A model generated the notes under the pieces. The model did no database searches. It saw only the letters and a list, made by a program, of their open reading frames with translations, and was not told where the DNA came from. From positions 18,042,001-18,106,000 of the forward strand of contig OZ024741.1 in the NCBI GenBank assembly GCA_964016885.1: a stretch of 64,000 nucleotides of DNA, given 5' to 3'. Shown piece after piece: positions 1 to 13,602 of this stretch (its first letter is position 1; each line of letters opens with the position of its first letter). The position numbers and the translations under genes are program-made. The DNA is from Eledone cirrhosa (Eukaryota).

Positions 1-168
1 TTTCCGTTGCATTACCTTCTCTGTTTGTTTACATGACTCGCTCGCTTCACCCTATTCTACGTGTCCCAATAACTTGCCAGAGGTATATGATCTTTAATGC
101 GAAGAAATACCAACGACCGCTGGAAGATCACTGATGACAGACGCCTTAACTTCTGTTCGAATTTTATT

Positions 169-288
<120 letters not shown>

Positions 289-843
289 TTAAGAAGAAGG
301 ACGCTGAACCTAATCATAAGTTTATTCCTACTACAATAAAATGCTGCGAAATGACAGATGTTGTAAAGACGATATCTTCAAAACATTGATTGTGAGTAAT
401 TTTTATGCAGCTGTGCCTGTCAACATTCGAACTGTGCCTGTCAACATTGATTGTGCGTGATTTTTATGCAGCTGTGCCTGTCAACATTCGAAAATTTTAA
501 TATTCCCTGGAAATTACAATATTCCCAGTTCAACAAATGTCGACTTTTCTTTTGTGAAATAGCTTAAATCTGAAATGATTCTCTTTTTAGGAAGAATCTT
601 TGACACAAATTAACATTCCTTTACATCTGGTATATAAATGTCCTCCCCAGTTGTATCGGGCAGTCCGTTTATTGTTTTGAAAAAGGATACATTGAAAAAC
701 GCTTTAATTTCAATTTTAATAAGATATGGTCTATTAAGCAAAGGTATTTATGCGGAATATTTTCTAAACCTTTCATTCAATGTTTTAAAAAACTAAAAAT
801 TATTTGGAAATTGAAAATATAGTCCACACAGTACAGATAACTC

Positions 844-1035
844 TAATAATAGTTTCTACTTTTAGCACAAGGCCAGCAATTACCCAGTACATTACTGGTA
901 CTTTATTTTATCGACCCCGTAAGGATGAAAGGCAAAGTTAACCTTGGCGGGATTTGAACTCAGAATGAAAAGGGCCGTAACTCTATGCGTCAAAGCATGG
1001 TGCCTGACCCTCTACCGATGCAGCCAATCCACCGC
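844..1035 (-). mobile_element. tRNA-derived SINE, family 1 (octopus-type)
   Basis: Minus strand has a B-box-like GAGTTCAAATC followed by CTTTGCCTTTCATCCTTACGGGGTCGATAAAATAAAGTACCAG and an (ATT)n-like tail. Homologous copies lie at about 21.7, 45.6, 58.4 and 63.0 kb. Confidence 0.8.
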
Positions 1036-1723
1036 TAATAACACTAATAATAGTTGATAACTATAAATGATAGATACAATACGCCTGTTTTTACTCATAT
1101 AAATGATAGACCATGTGTGAGAAACTGGCCGGAATACTAGAGCAGAAGGCAAAATGCATTGCGGCAATTATTTTTGCTCCGTGTCTAAGTTTAAATCACA
1201 GGGAGAATAACTTGCCCTTTCAGTCTTTCAAGATCAATAAAATAAACAATCAGACCAGAGCGGTGTGTTGCTAGAATTTTTAGAGCGTCAGATGGGATGT
1301 CTTGCGTCTCTGTCCAGGATTTTTGCCTCATAAGTTCAAAATCCTGCTGTGGCCAAATTAGATGGTAGATTTAATCCGACGTACGGTTTAATAGCCCGTC
1401 ATGGACATAGGGTATTTTTAACGGAGTCCATTCTAGAAAAGAGTACTCAATACCGGTCCATCATATCTTAAATACACTTCAATTAAATCACGTACGCCAC
1501 ATTTATTTTATCTTTCATCTTCATGTTTATATGATTTACTATATAACCGTTGTCTCGTTGGTTCCAAAATCAGTGTTTTGATAATTTACCTGGTATAAGT
1601 AGTATTTAACATTGTAGGTAGCGATTTTAAGACATAATGGATTGCACACTAGACAATGAAACATGTTAATACTTGGAATAAAACTCTATTGTATAGCTTA
1701 TCCGTGTTCATCATCATTCATTC

Positions 1724-1794
<71 letters not shown>

Positions 1795-1802
<8 letters not shown>

Positions 1803-1963
1803 GTGAGGTTTTTTTTACAAAATGAAAAATAACCGAGGTGTCCTACACGAGTGAAAGAGTAAAGAAAAAGAGATGAAATCGAAAATGAATAAATAAATAA
1901 ATAAATATATATATTTTTAAAAAAAATAAGACTTCAGTTGCATTTTCGATTTCATCTCTTTTT

Positions 1964-1970
<7 letters not shown>
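1795..1970. mobile_element. Collapsed copy of the foldback element at 18255-18620 (ribozyme-bearing centre missing)
   Basis: Shares the leader TATTAGAAAGTGAGG...GTGTCCTACACGAGTG and the outer palindrome arms with 18255-18620; flanked by (TA)n. Confidence 0.8.
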
Positions 1971-2000
<30 letters not shown>

Positions 2001-2001
<1 letters not shown>

Positions 2002-3700
2002 TTTTACTCTTTTACCTGTTCCAGCCATCCGACTGAGACCATGCTGGGGCACCGCCCTTGTTGCTACACATTCTATCTCCAGCCTGTGTTGACTTGCCAT
2101 TGATGTAAGAGGGAGTTCGTTGCTGCTGCCCTTAGGTTTCCTTTGTACTGTGCTGTCGGTTCATCCGGGATCCTGGATAGCAGGGTGTCAAGATGTTTCT
2201 TGAAAACATCCACATCCACACTATGCAGATCTCTCAGATCCCTCGGCAACTTGTTGAAGAGATGAGGGCCCTTGAACCACAGGCTATTGTAATATTTGCT
2301 CCATATTCTAGATGTGAAAGACACGACATTTGGCACCACACAATGACATCCTGTTCGAGGGTTGGTCCAGCTCTCAATGCCAAAGTTTGGTGCTAGTCCC
2401 TCCAGGATTTTCCAAATGTATATCACTGCATATCTCTCCCGTCTTCGTTCCAAGGAGTAGAGTTTCAGTTCTTTTAGCCTCTCCCAGTAGCTTGTCTCCT
2501 TCATCGTGGCAATCCTTTTGGTGTAGCTTCGCTGGATTGCCTCAAGCTCCGAGGTTACTTTGATACTATCGGGTGACCACAGTTGGGAAAAGTAGTTTAG
2601 GCGGCTTAGGACAAATGTCCTCCATAGTATCAACATGGTCTTTCAGTCTCTTGTCCTGAAAGTCCTCAAGATCCAGCCAGCAAGTCGTCTGCACATTGGC
2701 GCCACCCTCATGATGTGTGAAGAAAAAGATTCATTATCGCTGATGTCTATCCCCAGGCCTCCTATCAATTTTGACACATATCATTCCGTGGTCGACCTTG
2801 TCGTCAAAAGCCTTCGCAAAGTCAAGATATATCATGTCCACGTGTGGACTCTTTAGCTGTTGTTTCAGTACTCAGTCATAGTGCTGTAACAGCTGTGTAA
2901 GGCAGCTTCTTCCTAGGTGAAAGCCATGCTGCGTGTTAGGCGGTCATTTTCCTCGAGGAACGTGATCAGTTTCTTTCTGATGATTCGTTCTATGATCTTA
3001 CTGATATGTGACGTCAGAATGACTGGCTTGTAGTTTTTGGTCTCCGCTCTGATTCCTCCTTTATGGATAGGGCATATTGTGCCTTCTTTTTGCTCTCTGG
3101 ATAATTTACTGCTAGCCAAAGAACTTCTGAGGGGGATCTTCAGTGGTCTTGCTAAGGCATGCTTACATATTTTTAGGAGGAGTGCTGGGAATCCATAAAC
3201 TCCAGTAGCTAACTCGGATATAACCTGTTATGTCTATGTGGTTGATGGTCGCCATTTCTTTGTGGAGTGTTGTGGCATCAAAGAAATCCTTTGGCTTTGT
3301 TATTTGCATGTGCCTTAATGGGGGTCTGAATACACATTTGTACTGTTCATTCAGTATCTCACTTATCCCTTGAGGAACCTCGGTTAATGAACCATTTTTA
3401 TGGAAGAGTGTATCTTGCAGTGTACCGAGGCAATCTATTTTGCAAATTTAAAGAAGGCCTTAGGGTGTGTTCTAATATTTTATATGGCCCTGACTTCTTT
3501 CTCTACCCTCTCCTTCTCATGTGAAGGTTTGAGTGCATATGCAATTTCAAGTAGTGCCTGTTTCAGATGGGGTTCATTCTGGTTTTTCTGTTGTACATTT
3601 AATTGGTTGAGAGCTTAGTTCTTCGACTCATACCGATCTTCATGTCTCTGAGAATAAGATTTTTGTGTCCGTTGGACATTTTCTCCGGGACAAACTTGTG
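2001..3700 (-). mobile_element. Degenerate CR1-group LINE, 3' part of ORF2 plus 3' tail
   Basis: ORF 2073-2636 has the CR1-like C-terminal motif LKELKLYSLERRRERY. ORF 2913-3119 has the RT motif PIHKGG..NYKPVILTSHISKIIERII. The 3' tail reads GGCGGTGCCCCAGCATGG...GTAAAAGAGTAAAAG. Many frameshifts and an internal deletion. Confidence 0.8.
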
Positions 3701-3702
3701 GC

Positions 3703-3764
<62 letters not shown>

Positions 3765-4260
3765 AAACATAAATTATCGAGATTCGCATTTCGGCCCACG
3801 AAATAACGAAAAACAACCTCCGAGATATGCGGCAAGTGCTCAATGGTTCAGATGAACCAGAGCTATAACAAACGTTAAAGGCCAAACACACTGAGACGAT
3901 GGTTAAACAATCATTCGCATAGCCAAAAAAACGATCAAGTAATTCGGGTATTGAAAATTTACCCGGACCCCTGGAAGGTTGGTAAAATCCAGTATATGGG
4001 TTTCTGCGGCTCCTAAGTCAAGTACCGTCCGCTTACATAAATAATGTTAGGCTTCTGGCAAGATGATTGAACAAGGAAGCCACTTTCTTAACAGGTTTTA
4101 GTTCAATGTTAATACAAGGACTGACTATTGCTGACCTCACGTGGGGATCGGCAAGGCAAGCAACCCCTATATCAGGCGAATGAATTCAGTTGTGTATATT
4201 TTTGCAAGAATGCAAAAATATCACAAATCGAATAGAGTTCTCAACAGAGGGGTTAAAATT
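3765..4260. repeat. Interspersed repeat, (TA)n-flanked, homologous to 18905-19585 in opposite orientation
   Basis: Segments such as TTAAAGGCCAAACACACTGAGACGATGGTTAAAC and GGTAAAATCCAGTAT match the reverse complement of 19250-19500. Confidence 0.7.
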
Positions 4261-4274
4261 AACATATATATATA

Positions 4275-4305
<31 letters not shown>

Positions 4306-4552
4306 AATGTTTTCTTTATTAACCACAAGGGTTCACATAAAGTAGACATTAAGGACAGTACAGGACAATACAGGACGGTACAAATGGGCATTTCTGCGTG
4401 TAAAAAAAACAGAGGTTGAAATAAAATAACAAAGAAAAATTCCCCAATAGGGGGGAGACTTCCAAGGGACATTTGTGGAGAAAGCCCATTAAAAGACCAC
4501 AGTGGCCCTGACCACCAGGGCAAGTGCCCTCTCCCAGTTTTCCACCTTTAAT

Positions 4553-7500
4553 TTACAGACACATACTCAGAGAAGGCCCATTCATTCGGGCCATACTTGC
4601 TTCTCTCACCCATCTTTCAACAAAATGCTGGGAAGAGAGCACTTCCCTCTCTACCCTGATTTTCCTTTTCAAATGAAATTTGAAAAAGTTAATCAGGGCA
4701 TCACCGAAGAGGTAAGTGCTCGTCTTCAGCCCTTTCAAACGTGTCCACCATACTATCTCTTTCGCCATGGCCACCAGACAGATAAAAACTGCCTGCCCTT
4801 CCCGGCTAAAGGAAGTGGCGGGGCAATCCTCACGATGGACTCAGCTGATAGCTGGATCCGTCCTACACGTGACAGCAGGTGTTCGACATAAACCCACAAG
4901 TCAGCAATGCTCGGACACTGGACGAGTGCGTGCAGGACGGTTTCGTCGCCCTGCGCGCATCTCGGACATGCCCGGCTGACGGCACCTCCATGCCTGTAGA
5001 GTTTATCCCGAACTGGCAAAGCTCCTCGGTAGCACTGCCAGGCCAGGGATTTCTGGAAGTTGTCCATAGGCCCCGGCCCGAAAGTCCTTCCGAAGAGATT
5101 AGCTAGTTGATTTTCGTCGACGCCTAGAGTTTCTCCAAGTACGTCGTCGCTCTTCCCCTCCACTAATCCCCTATAGAACGCCAAGGTGGAGTTTCCACCG
5201 ATCACATTGCCCGATTGGTCGATGGCTGTGAGCGCCTGAAGACATTCCAGTCTCCAAGCGCTCCCTCTCGGTCTTCGCTTGACCCAGGACTGCAGCTCCG
5301 TCAAGAAGATGAGCTGGGGAAAAACGCGTCTAGCAAACGGCGACCACACCTGATCACCGTCGAGGAAGAGGTGGAGATGTCGTAGCCTGAGCGCGTGTCT
5401 GCGCATCATCAGCTACGGCATGCCCAGCCCTCCACGTAGCGGGTGTTGACAGCAGATGAACCGCCTGACCATCGGAGCGCGTCCCTTCCACAAGAAGCGA
5501 AAGAGCAAACGCTCCAGCGCAGTCAGGCGGGGCTTAGGACAAGGTACGACGGTCAGGCGGTAGTAGATGACGGATGCGATGTACGCATTCGCCACCTCCG
5601 CTCGACCTTTCAGGGATAGCTTCCTCTCGGCCCATTTCTGGGTGAGAGAAGCCACCCTGCTCGTCACCTCGTCCCAGTTTTTGTCCGTCTGGAGGTCTGG
5701 ACCGAACCAGACCCCTAGCAATTTAACCGGTCCGTCCGTCCAGCGCCCGACGACGCTGTTGGACGGCATGGACCTGCCTCTCCAGGTGCCGAGCTGCAGG
5801 CCCACTGACTTTTCCTGGTTGATCATTGCTCCTGTCACCGCTTCGTATTCTCTTAGTGTAGTGCCGATCGCCTCGATGTGTTTGGCGTTCGACACCACTA
5901 CGGTGACATCGTCGGCATATGCTGACACGGATCTTCGGCATCCTAGTTCGCGCGGGACCCCCCTCAACGTCTCCAGTTTGTGCAGTAATGGCTCGAGAGT
6001 CAATACGTACAATAGGGACGAGAGGGGACATCCTTGGCGGACCGAGCGCATGATGTTGAACGGTTCCGAAAGGTGACCGTTCACTCTCACTACAGAGCAG
6101 ATGTCGCTGTGCATGGCAGCGATCCAGCCTCTGAAGACGGGCCCAAAGCCAGCCGCCCTCAGGACTGCCGCTATGTAACGATGGTCGACCCTATCGAAGG
6201 CTTTCGACTGATCTAAATTGATCAAAGACCCGCCCGTGCCAGGTTCCCTAGCTACCCTCTCTACGATGTATCGCATGAGGTGGAGGTTGTCGTGGATGGA
6301 TCTGTCGGGAATGGCGCATGTCTGTGCCTCTCCCACCAGACCACCAACGACAAGCGCCAACCTCTTTGCTAGCACCTTGGCCAAAATCTTGAACTCTGTG
6401 TTTAGCAGAGTTATGGGCCTAAAATTATCTATGTTATCCCCCTTGTTCGGATCCTTTCTCAGTAGCGCCACCGCTCCTCGGCTCACAGAGCTGGGAATTC
6501 TCCCGTTCTGTTGCCAGTTGCAGTAGACGTCCGCCAAGAGGCCTCCGAACAAGTTTGGCATTTGTACGTAAAGTTCATAGGGCAGACCATCCAAACCAGG
6601 CGATTTACCCCTTGTGCAACTAGTCATTGCATCCCGTACTTCAGCGGTTGCTATCGGCTTTTCGCAACACTCCGCCTCAGTGGCTGAAAGCCGCGGCAGT
6701 CCGTCGAGGTAGACACTAAAGTCCATCCCTCGATCCGGCCCGCCACTGCCCCCGAACAGTTGAGCGAAGTGTCGCTGAAAAGCTTCACACATTTGCCCGG
6801 GATCGAGTAGCATGCGCCCGTCGTGGTCCACCAAAGACCGGATCGTGGCTTGTTGCCACGACGCGCCTCCGCCACTCAGGCCCATTGAACGGCTTTCGTC
6901 CCCTCGTGTCTGAGAGCACGCACCCTAGCTCTGACAACGCAGCCTTCGTGCTTTGCATTGAAGAATTGGTCAAGGGCCAATTTCGCCGCAAGTACGTCGG
7001 TCGCGATGCCTTTGCTAAGCGCCTCATCTAATTTTCTAACTAATTCTCCCTCTGCTCTATTTTTCTTTATTGCTAAAGTCTTACTAAACCTAATGGACTC
7101 TATTCTAATTGCTCTTTTCAGAGCAAACCACCACTTGTTGTTGACGATGGCCCCCGTCAACGCCCGCTTAACTAGTTCGCTAATCCGGTCTCTGTAGGCC
7201 TTGCGCGCTGGTAAGGACGCGTTTAGCTTCCAGTAGCCGGGTCCTCGTCTATGAAGCCTATATAAGTCAAGCACACAGATCACGAATTTGTGGTCCGTGT
7301 AGCTGACTATCTTGAATTGTGGACAGCCTATGCTAGACCTATCCATTTCCCTACAAAATACTCTATCTAGATATGATCTGGATGACCCTATGCGATTTGT
7401 CCAAGTCCACATTGGTACATTCGGGAAATCCATTCGGTACCTGTCAGACAGTTCAAAACGTCTGAGCAGGTTGGTGAGACTCTTGCACCCTCCTTCCCTA

Positions 7501-7969
7501 ACCACTAATCCCACACAATCACTGCGTGAATCTAAGATCCCGTTCCAGTCGCCCACTAACACTAAAGAGCGGGACGTTCCAAGAAAGGTCTCCAGACGCC
7601 GGAAGAAATCAGGCCGCCCTGCTCCTGTCGGGGCATAGACGGCCACTAACCTGAAAGCTTGCCCGTCTCCGCTGGTCACGTCCAGCACCACCAACTTACC
7701 TTCTGGGTCCAGGAAGATGGCCCGTATGGCAAGATCCAAACCTCTCCGAAAAAGCACAGCAACTCCTCCCCCCGATCCCGGACGGCTGGGAGATGCGTAC
7801 ACATCGTAGCCGCCGAAGATCGGTGCGAAAGCCTGTGCTTCGGAGATTCTGGTCTCGCTGATGGCCACTACATCTATGTTTAGTGACCTGAGGTCGTTGA
7901 GCAGGTGCCCTGCTTCCATGACGACCCCAAGCCACGCGCATTTATGCTGCCTATTCTGAGTGAGGTCAT
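4553..7969 (-). pseudogene. Element 1 ORF2: APE endonuclease - reverse transcriptase - zf-RVT-like (frameshifted)
   Basis: Likely start MTSLRIGSINARGL at ATG 7969. Motifs SETR, GDWN, YLDR, TDH (APE); KSPGLDG, FRPITLLN, DQSKAFDRV, RQGCPLS, AYADD (RT); CPRCAQGDETVLHALVQC. Split over ORFs 6876-8003, 5413-6885, 4753-5409 and 4553-4774. Confidence 0.9.
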
Positions 7970-8003
7970 GTTGAAAAGGAGTGGAAAAGATGGGAAAGAC
8001 CAC

Positions 8004-9487
8004 TTACCTTACTTCTCGTAGGGGAAGGACGGTTTTTCCATCCTTTTCACTGCTTGTGGCCTCCTCAGGAAGGATGTCCTTATAAATCCTCCTGGAGAGT
8101 GCTTGTCGGAAGTCTCCGATGTCTTTGGGGAATTTTTGTTTTAGTGTCATGTACGTTTTCTGTGTGATGCGAGTGATTTGTATGTGTGGAGGTGGTGTGA
8201 ATTTTGGGGTTGTTGTGTAGTCTTTTTCTGTGATGCTGGTGTTGTGTTGGATGTAGTGTAATAATTGCTTGTTGTTCAAATTTAATACTGTGTAGTGTGT
8301 ATCGTTTTGGTTGTTTTGTTTTGTTTCCGTTTGTTGTGGGTTTGTTTCTGTTTCGCATTTTGGTGACTTTTGTGGTGTAGGTGATGGTGGTGTTGGGGTT
8401 AATGATGGTGATGGTGTTGGTGTTTGGGTTGATGGGGTTGGTGATGTTGGTGTGGATGGTGGCATATCTGTCCTAACTTTTTTGTTTCTTAATTTATTTG
8501 TTTCCCTCTGTATTTTGTTTTTGGAGGGGGAAGGAAGAGAATTTTTTCTTTTTTGGTTTCTTTTTTTTTTTCCGGATATCGTTTCCCACTCCTCGTCGTC
8601 ACAATCTGTCTCCAGTTGTGATAGGCCGGGGAGTGGAAAATCCTCCACAGCCGTTAGTTTTGGTTGTGGCGTGGTGGATGGTGTAGGCGCTGGTGCTAGT
8701 TCTGAAGCGTTGGGTGGTGGTGGTGTTTGTTTTGCTGGTAGTGGTGGTGGTGTTGGTTTTGCTACTGTTGCTGGGTTGTTGCTGTTATAGTTGCTTCTGT
8801 TGTTGCTGCTACAGTTGTTGCTGCCATCTCTGCTACTGGTGGTGTTGATGGTTGTGTCACTGGGGTGGGTAGGAGAGGTGGCCTCAACCTTTTAGCCTGA
8901 GGGCAGAAAGCCCTTAGGTGGGTTCCTTCACCACAAACGACACACCTAGGTCTTCTGCCCTCGACAATTACCGTGAGGTGTCTGCCGTCAGTGAGGTCTA
9001 TTACCTCTGGGATCTCCTCAATGCTTTTTTGGTCCGCTTGGATCAGGAGCTCCATCCCAGATCCGGACCAGTTCTCCTGCTTTTCTTTTGCTATTGCTAT
9101 TATTTTCGTATTGGCTTCGATGCCGGCGAGGACAGCCGCTATTAGCCAGGGAATTTCGATGGCCGGTGGAACGTGGGTCACCCTTATCTTTACGAGTCTC
9201 TGTCCACAATAGCTTGGGACGAGTGTGAAGTCGTCACTTTTTAATGGGGCCATGGAGTGTTCTCTAGCCTCCTCTGGTGTTTCAAAGAACACGTCCACGG
9301 TTCCATACTTTTGCCCACGTCTGATGTGGGTTTTTCTTGCCCACACATGTCCCAAAGCTTTTTGGATTTGGGACTCGGATGCCCGTTCCACTCGGCGCGA
9401 TTTTACATTTATTGTTCTATACGACACGGTGCACAGGCGCCGATGCTCCATTTTATTAGGGGGGGGTGAGGCTGACCCTGTACCCAT
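8004..9487 (-). pseudogene. Element 1 ORF1: gag-like RNA-binding protein with CCHC zinc knuckle and Pro/Thr-rich tail (frameshifted)
   Basis: VEGRRPRCVVCGEGTHLRAFCP knuckle in ORF 8762-9487; continues out of frame in ORF 8004-8648. Confidence 0.85.
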
Positions 9488-9794
9488 CTTTCTTTACCAT
9501 TTGTTTGGCATTTTCTAAATCCTCCTGAGTTACCGTAAATGCTTCGAACTGTTTTGCTACTCTGGCGAAACTCCCCCTCCCAAACCTCCCACTCTTCTTC
9601 AATTACATACAACCGTCTCTCTTCTACCACTCCACTCTCTCTCTCTCTCTCTCTCGTCCCCTTTCTCTCTACACCCACACACATTTATACATTATCACAC
9701 ATGTATGCATATATAACTATATATAATTGTAAAGACATGTATGCATATGTATGTATTTATGTATGTATATACGTGTATATATATATATATATAT

Positions 9795-10225
9795 ATCAAT
9801 TCTTAATTTTCATTCTGCCATGTCAGATGTCATACAATCACCCCTCCCTTCCTCTACTCGCCACCACCACCATCACCACCACCGCCATCACCGCCATCAC
9901 CGGCACCTCCACCATCGCCACCACCGATAACAACGCCTACTCAACACGCGCTAATGAATCGAAATCATGTACATATATATGCATTTAAATGTATATAGAT
10001 ATGAATTCAATAAATATGTATGTATGTATATACATACATATGCGTCTATATATATATATATAGACGCATGTTGAGTAGGCGTTGTTGTTGATGGTGGCGA
10101 TGGTAGTGGTGGCGGTGATGGCGGTGATGGCGGTGGTGGTGGTGGTGGTGGTGGTATTGGTGGCGGGTAGAAGAAGGGAGGGTGATTGTATGACATCTGA
10201 CATGGCAGAGTAATTAAGAATTGAT
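9795..10225. repeat. Imperfect inverted repeat (arms about 9795-9952 and 10062-10225)
   Basis: CTGCCATGTCAGATGTCATACAATCACCC...AACAACGCCTACTCAACA is mirrored by TGTTGAGTAGGCGTTGTT...GGGTGATTGTATGACATCTGACATGGCAG. Confidence 0.85.
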
Positions 10226-10259
10226 TTCTTAAATAGATTCTTCACCATTTTCATCACCA

Positions 10260-13030
10260 TCCGCCCCCTTCCACCCCAACTACCATCACCATCACTACCA
10301 TTCAACCATCCATCTAACCATCCACCCTCACTTCCACCCCAACTACCATCACCATCACTACCATTCAAACATCCATCTAACCATCCACCCTCACTTCCAC
10401 CCCAACTACCATCACCATCACTACCATTCAACCATCCATCTAACCATCCACCCCCACTTCCGCCCCAACTACCATCACCACCACTACCATTCAACCATCC
10501 ATCTAACCATCCACCCTCACTTCCACCCCAACTACCATCACCATCACTACCATTCAACCATCCATCTAACCATCCACCCTCACTTCCACCCCAACTACCA
10601 TCACCATCACTACCATTCAACCATCCATCTAACCATCCACCCTCACTTCCACCCCAACTACCATCACCATCACTACCATTCAACCATCCATCTAACCATC
10701 CACCCTCACTTCCACCCCAACTACCATCACCATCACTACCATTCGACCATCCATCTAACCATCTACCCTCACTTCCACCCCAACTACCATCACCATCACT
10801 ACCATTCAACCATCCATCTAACCATCCACCCTCACTTCCACCCAACTACCATCACCATCACTACCATTCAACCATCCATCTAACCATCCACCCTCACTTC
10901 CACCCCAACTACCATCACCATCACTACCATTCGACCATCCATCTAACCATCTACCCTCACTTCCACCCCAACTACCATCACCATCACCACTATTCAACCA
11001 TCCATCTATCCATCCACCCACACTTCCACCCCAACTACCTTCACAATCACCATCCATCTAACCATCTACCCTCACTTCCACCCCAACTACCATCACCATC
11101 ACTACCATTCAACCATCCATCTAACCATCCACCCACACTTCCACCCCAATTACCTTCACAATCACCACCATTCAACCATCCATCTAACCATCCACCCTCA
11201 TTTCCACCCCAACTACCATCACAATCACCACCATTCAACCATCCATCTAACCATCCACCCTCACTTCCACCCCAACTACCATCACCATCACTACCATTCA
11301 ACCATCCATCTAACCATCCACCCACACTTCCACCCCAATTACCTTCACAATCACCACCATTCAACCATCCATCTAACCATCCACCCTCATTTCCACCCCA
11401 ACTACCATCACAATCACCACCATTCAACCATCCATCTAACCATCCAACCCCACTTCCACCCCAACTACCATCACCATCACAATCACAATCACCACCATTC
11501 AACCATCCACGCCCACTTCCACCCCAACTACCATCACCATCACCATCACAATCACCACCATTCAACCATCCAGCCCCACTTCCACCCCAACTACCATCAC
11601 CATCACCATCACAATCACCACCATTCAACCATCGACCCCCACTTCCACCCCAACTACCATCACCATCACAATCACAATCACCACCATTCAACCATCGACC
11701 CCCACTTCCACCCCAACTACCATCACCATCACAATCACAATCACCACCATTCAACCATCCACCCCCACTTCCACCCCAACTACCATCACCATCACAATCA
11801 CAATCACCACCATTCAACCATCCACCCCCACTTCCACCCCAACTAACATCACCATCACAATCACAATCACCACCATTCAACCATCCACCCCACTTCCACC
11901 CCAACTACCATCACCATCACAATCACAATCACCACCATTCAACCATCCACGCCCACTTCCACCCCAACTACCATCACCATCACAATCACAATCACCACCA
12001 TTCAACCATCCACCCCCACTTCCACCCCAACTACCATCACAATCACAATCACCACCATTCAACCATCCACCCCCACTTCCACCCCAACTACCATCACCAT
12101 CACAATCACCACCATTCAACCATCGACCCCCACTTCCACCCCAACTACTATCACCATCACCATCACAATCACCACTATTCAACCATCGACCCCCACTTCC
12201 ACCCCAACTACCATCACCATCACAATCACCACCATTCAACCATCCAGCCCCACTTCCACCCCAACTACCATCAGCATCACAATCACAATCACCACCATTC
12301 AACAATCCACCCCCACTTCCACCCCAACTACCATCACCATAACAAGCACCACCATTTAACCACCATTCAACCATCCACCCCCACTTCCACCCCAACTACC
12401 ATCACAATCACAATCACCACCATTCAACCATCTACCCCCACTTCCACCCCAACTACCATCACCATCACCATCACCACCATTCAACCATCCACCCCCACTT
12501 CCACCCCAACTACCATCACCATCACCATCACCACCATTCAACCATCCACCCCCACTTCCACCCCAACTACCATCACCATCACAATCACCACCATTCAACC
12601 ATCCACCCCCACTTCCACCCCAACAACCATCACCATCACAATCACCACCATTCAACTACCATTCAACCACCCACCCACCCTTCCACCCCAACTATCATCA
12701 CAATCACAATCACCACCATCCAACCATCCACCCCAACTACCATCACCATCACCATCACAATCACCACAATTCAACCATCTACCCCCACTTCCACCCCAAC
12801 TACCATCACCATCACCATCACAATCACCACCATTCAACCATCCACCCCTCACTTCCACCCCAACTACCATCACCATCACCATCACAATCACCACAATTCA
12901 ACCATCTACCCCCACTTCCACCCCAACTACCATCACCATCACAATCACCACAATTAAACCATCCACCCCCACTCCACCCCAACTACCATCACCATCACAA
13001 TCACCACAATTCAACCATCCACCCCACTCT
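10260..13030. repeat. C-rich minisatellite, 63-bp unit grading into 57/51-bp units
   Basis: Tandem CCACCCCAACTACCATCACCATCACTACCATTCAACCATCCATCTAACCATCCACCCTCACTT with variants. Confidence 0.95.
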
Positions 13031-13119
13031 CACGCCATCTACCACCCACAACTAACAACTACTGGGAATAAAAAGAATGTGAAAAGAGCAACAACGACAA
13101 GAATAAGAACAACAGCATG

Positions 13120-13143
13120 AAACAGCAATAACTGCAACAACAA

Positions 13144-13175
<32 letters not shown>

Positions 13176-13602
13176 ACAACAGCAACAGCAACAACAACAA
13201 CAGCAACAGCAACAACAATAACTGCAACAACAACACCAACAACAACAACAGCAACAACAACAACAGCAACAACAACAACAGCAACAACAACAACACCAAC
13301 AACAACAACAGCAACAACAACAACAGCAACAACAACAACAGCAACAGCAGCAACAACAACAACAACAACAACAACAGCAACAACAACAACAACAACAGCA
13401 ACAACAGCAACAGCAACAACAGTAACAGCAACAGCAACAACAGCAACAACAACAGCAACAACAACAGCAACAGCAACAGCAGCAACAACAACAACAGCAA
13501 CAACAACAACAACAACAGCAACAACAACAACAGCAACAACAACACCAGCAACATCATCATCAACAACAACAACAACAACAACAACAGCAGCAGCAGCAGC
13601 AA
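13120..13602. repeat. (CAA/CAG)n trinucleotide array
   Basis: Direct reading. Confidence 0.95.

Larger units (their letters stand above)
4308..9632 (-). mobile_element. Tx1/L1-clade non-LTR retrotransposon, element 1 (near full length, frameshifted)
   Basis: ORF1 with CCHC knuckle, then ORF2 with APE, RT (YADD) and CPRC..H..C. The 3' end AATAAAGAAAACA runs into (TTA)n/(TA)n. The 5' boundary is approximate, next to (GA)n. Confidence 0.9.

Noticed and set aside
381-492. Short local tandem duplication (about 60 bp)
   Set aside because: Ordinary slippage-type duplication with no further structure.
5567-7638. Plus-strand ORFs recurring antisense to ORF2 in all four Tx1 elements
   Set aside because: Expected shadow ORFs of GC-rich homologous coding sequence; no independent motif.
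13039-13602. Poly-Leu / poly-Gln ORF
   Set aside because: Pure (CAA/CAG)n array with no flanking coding context or splice evidence.
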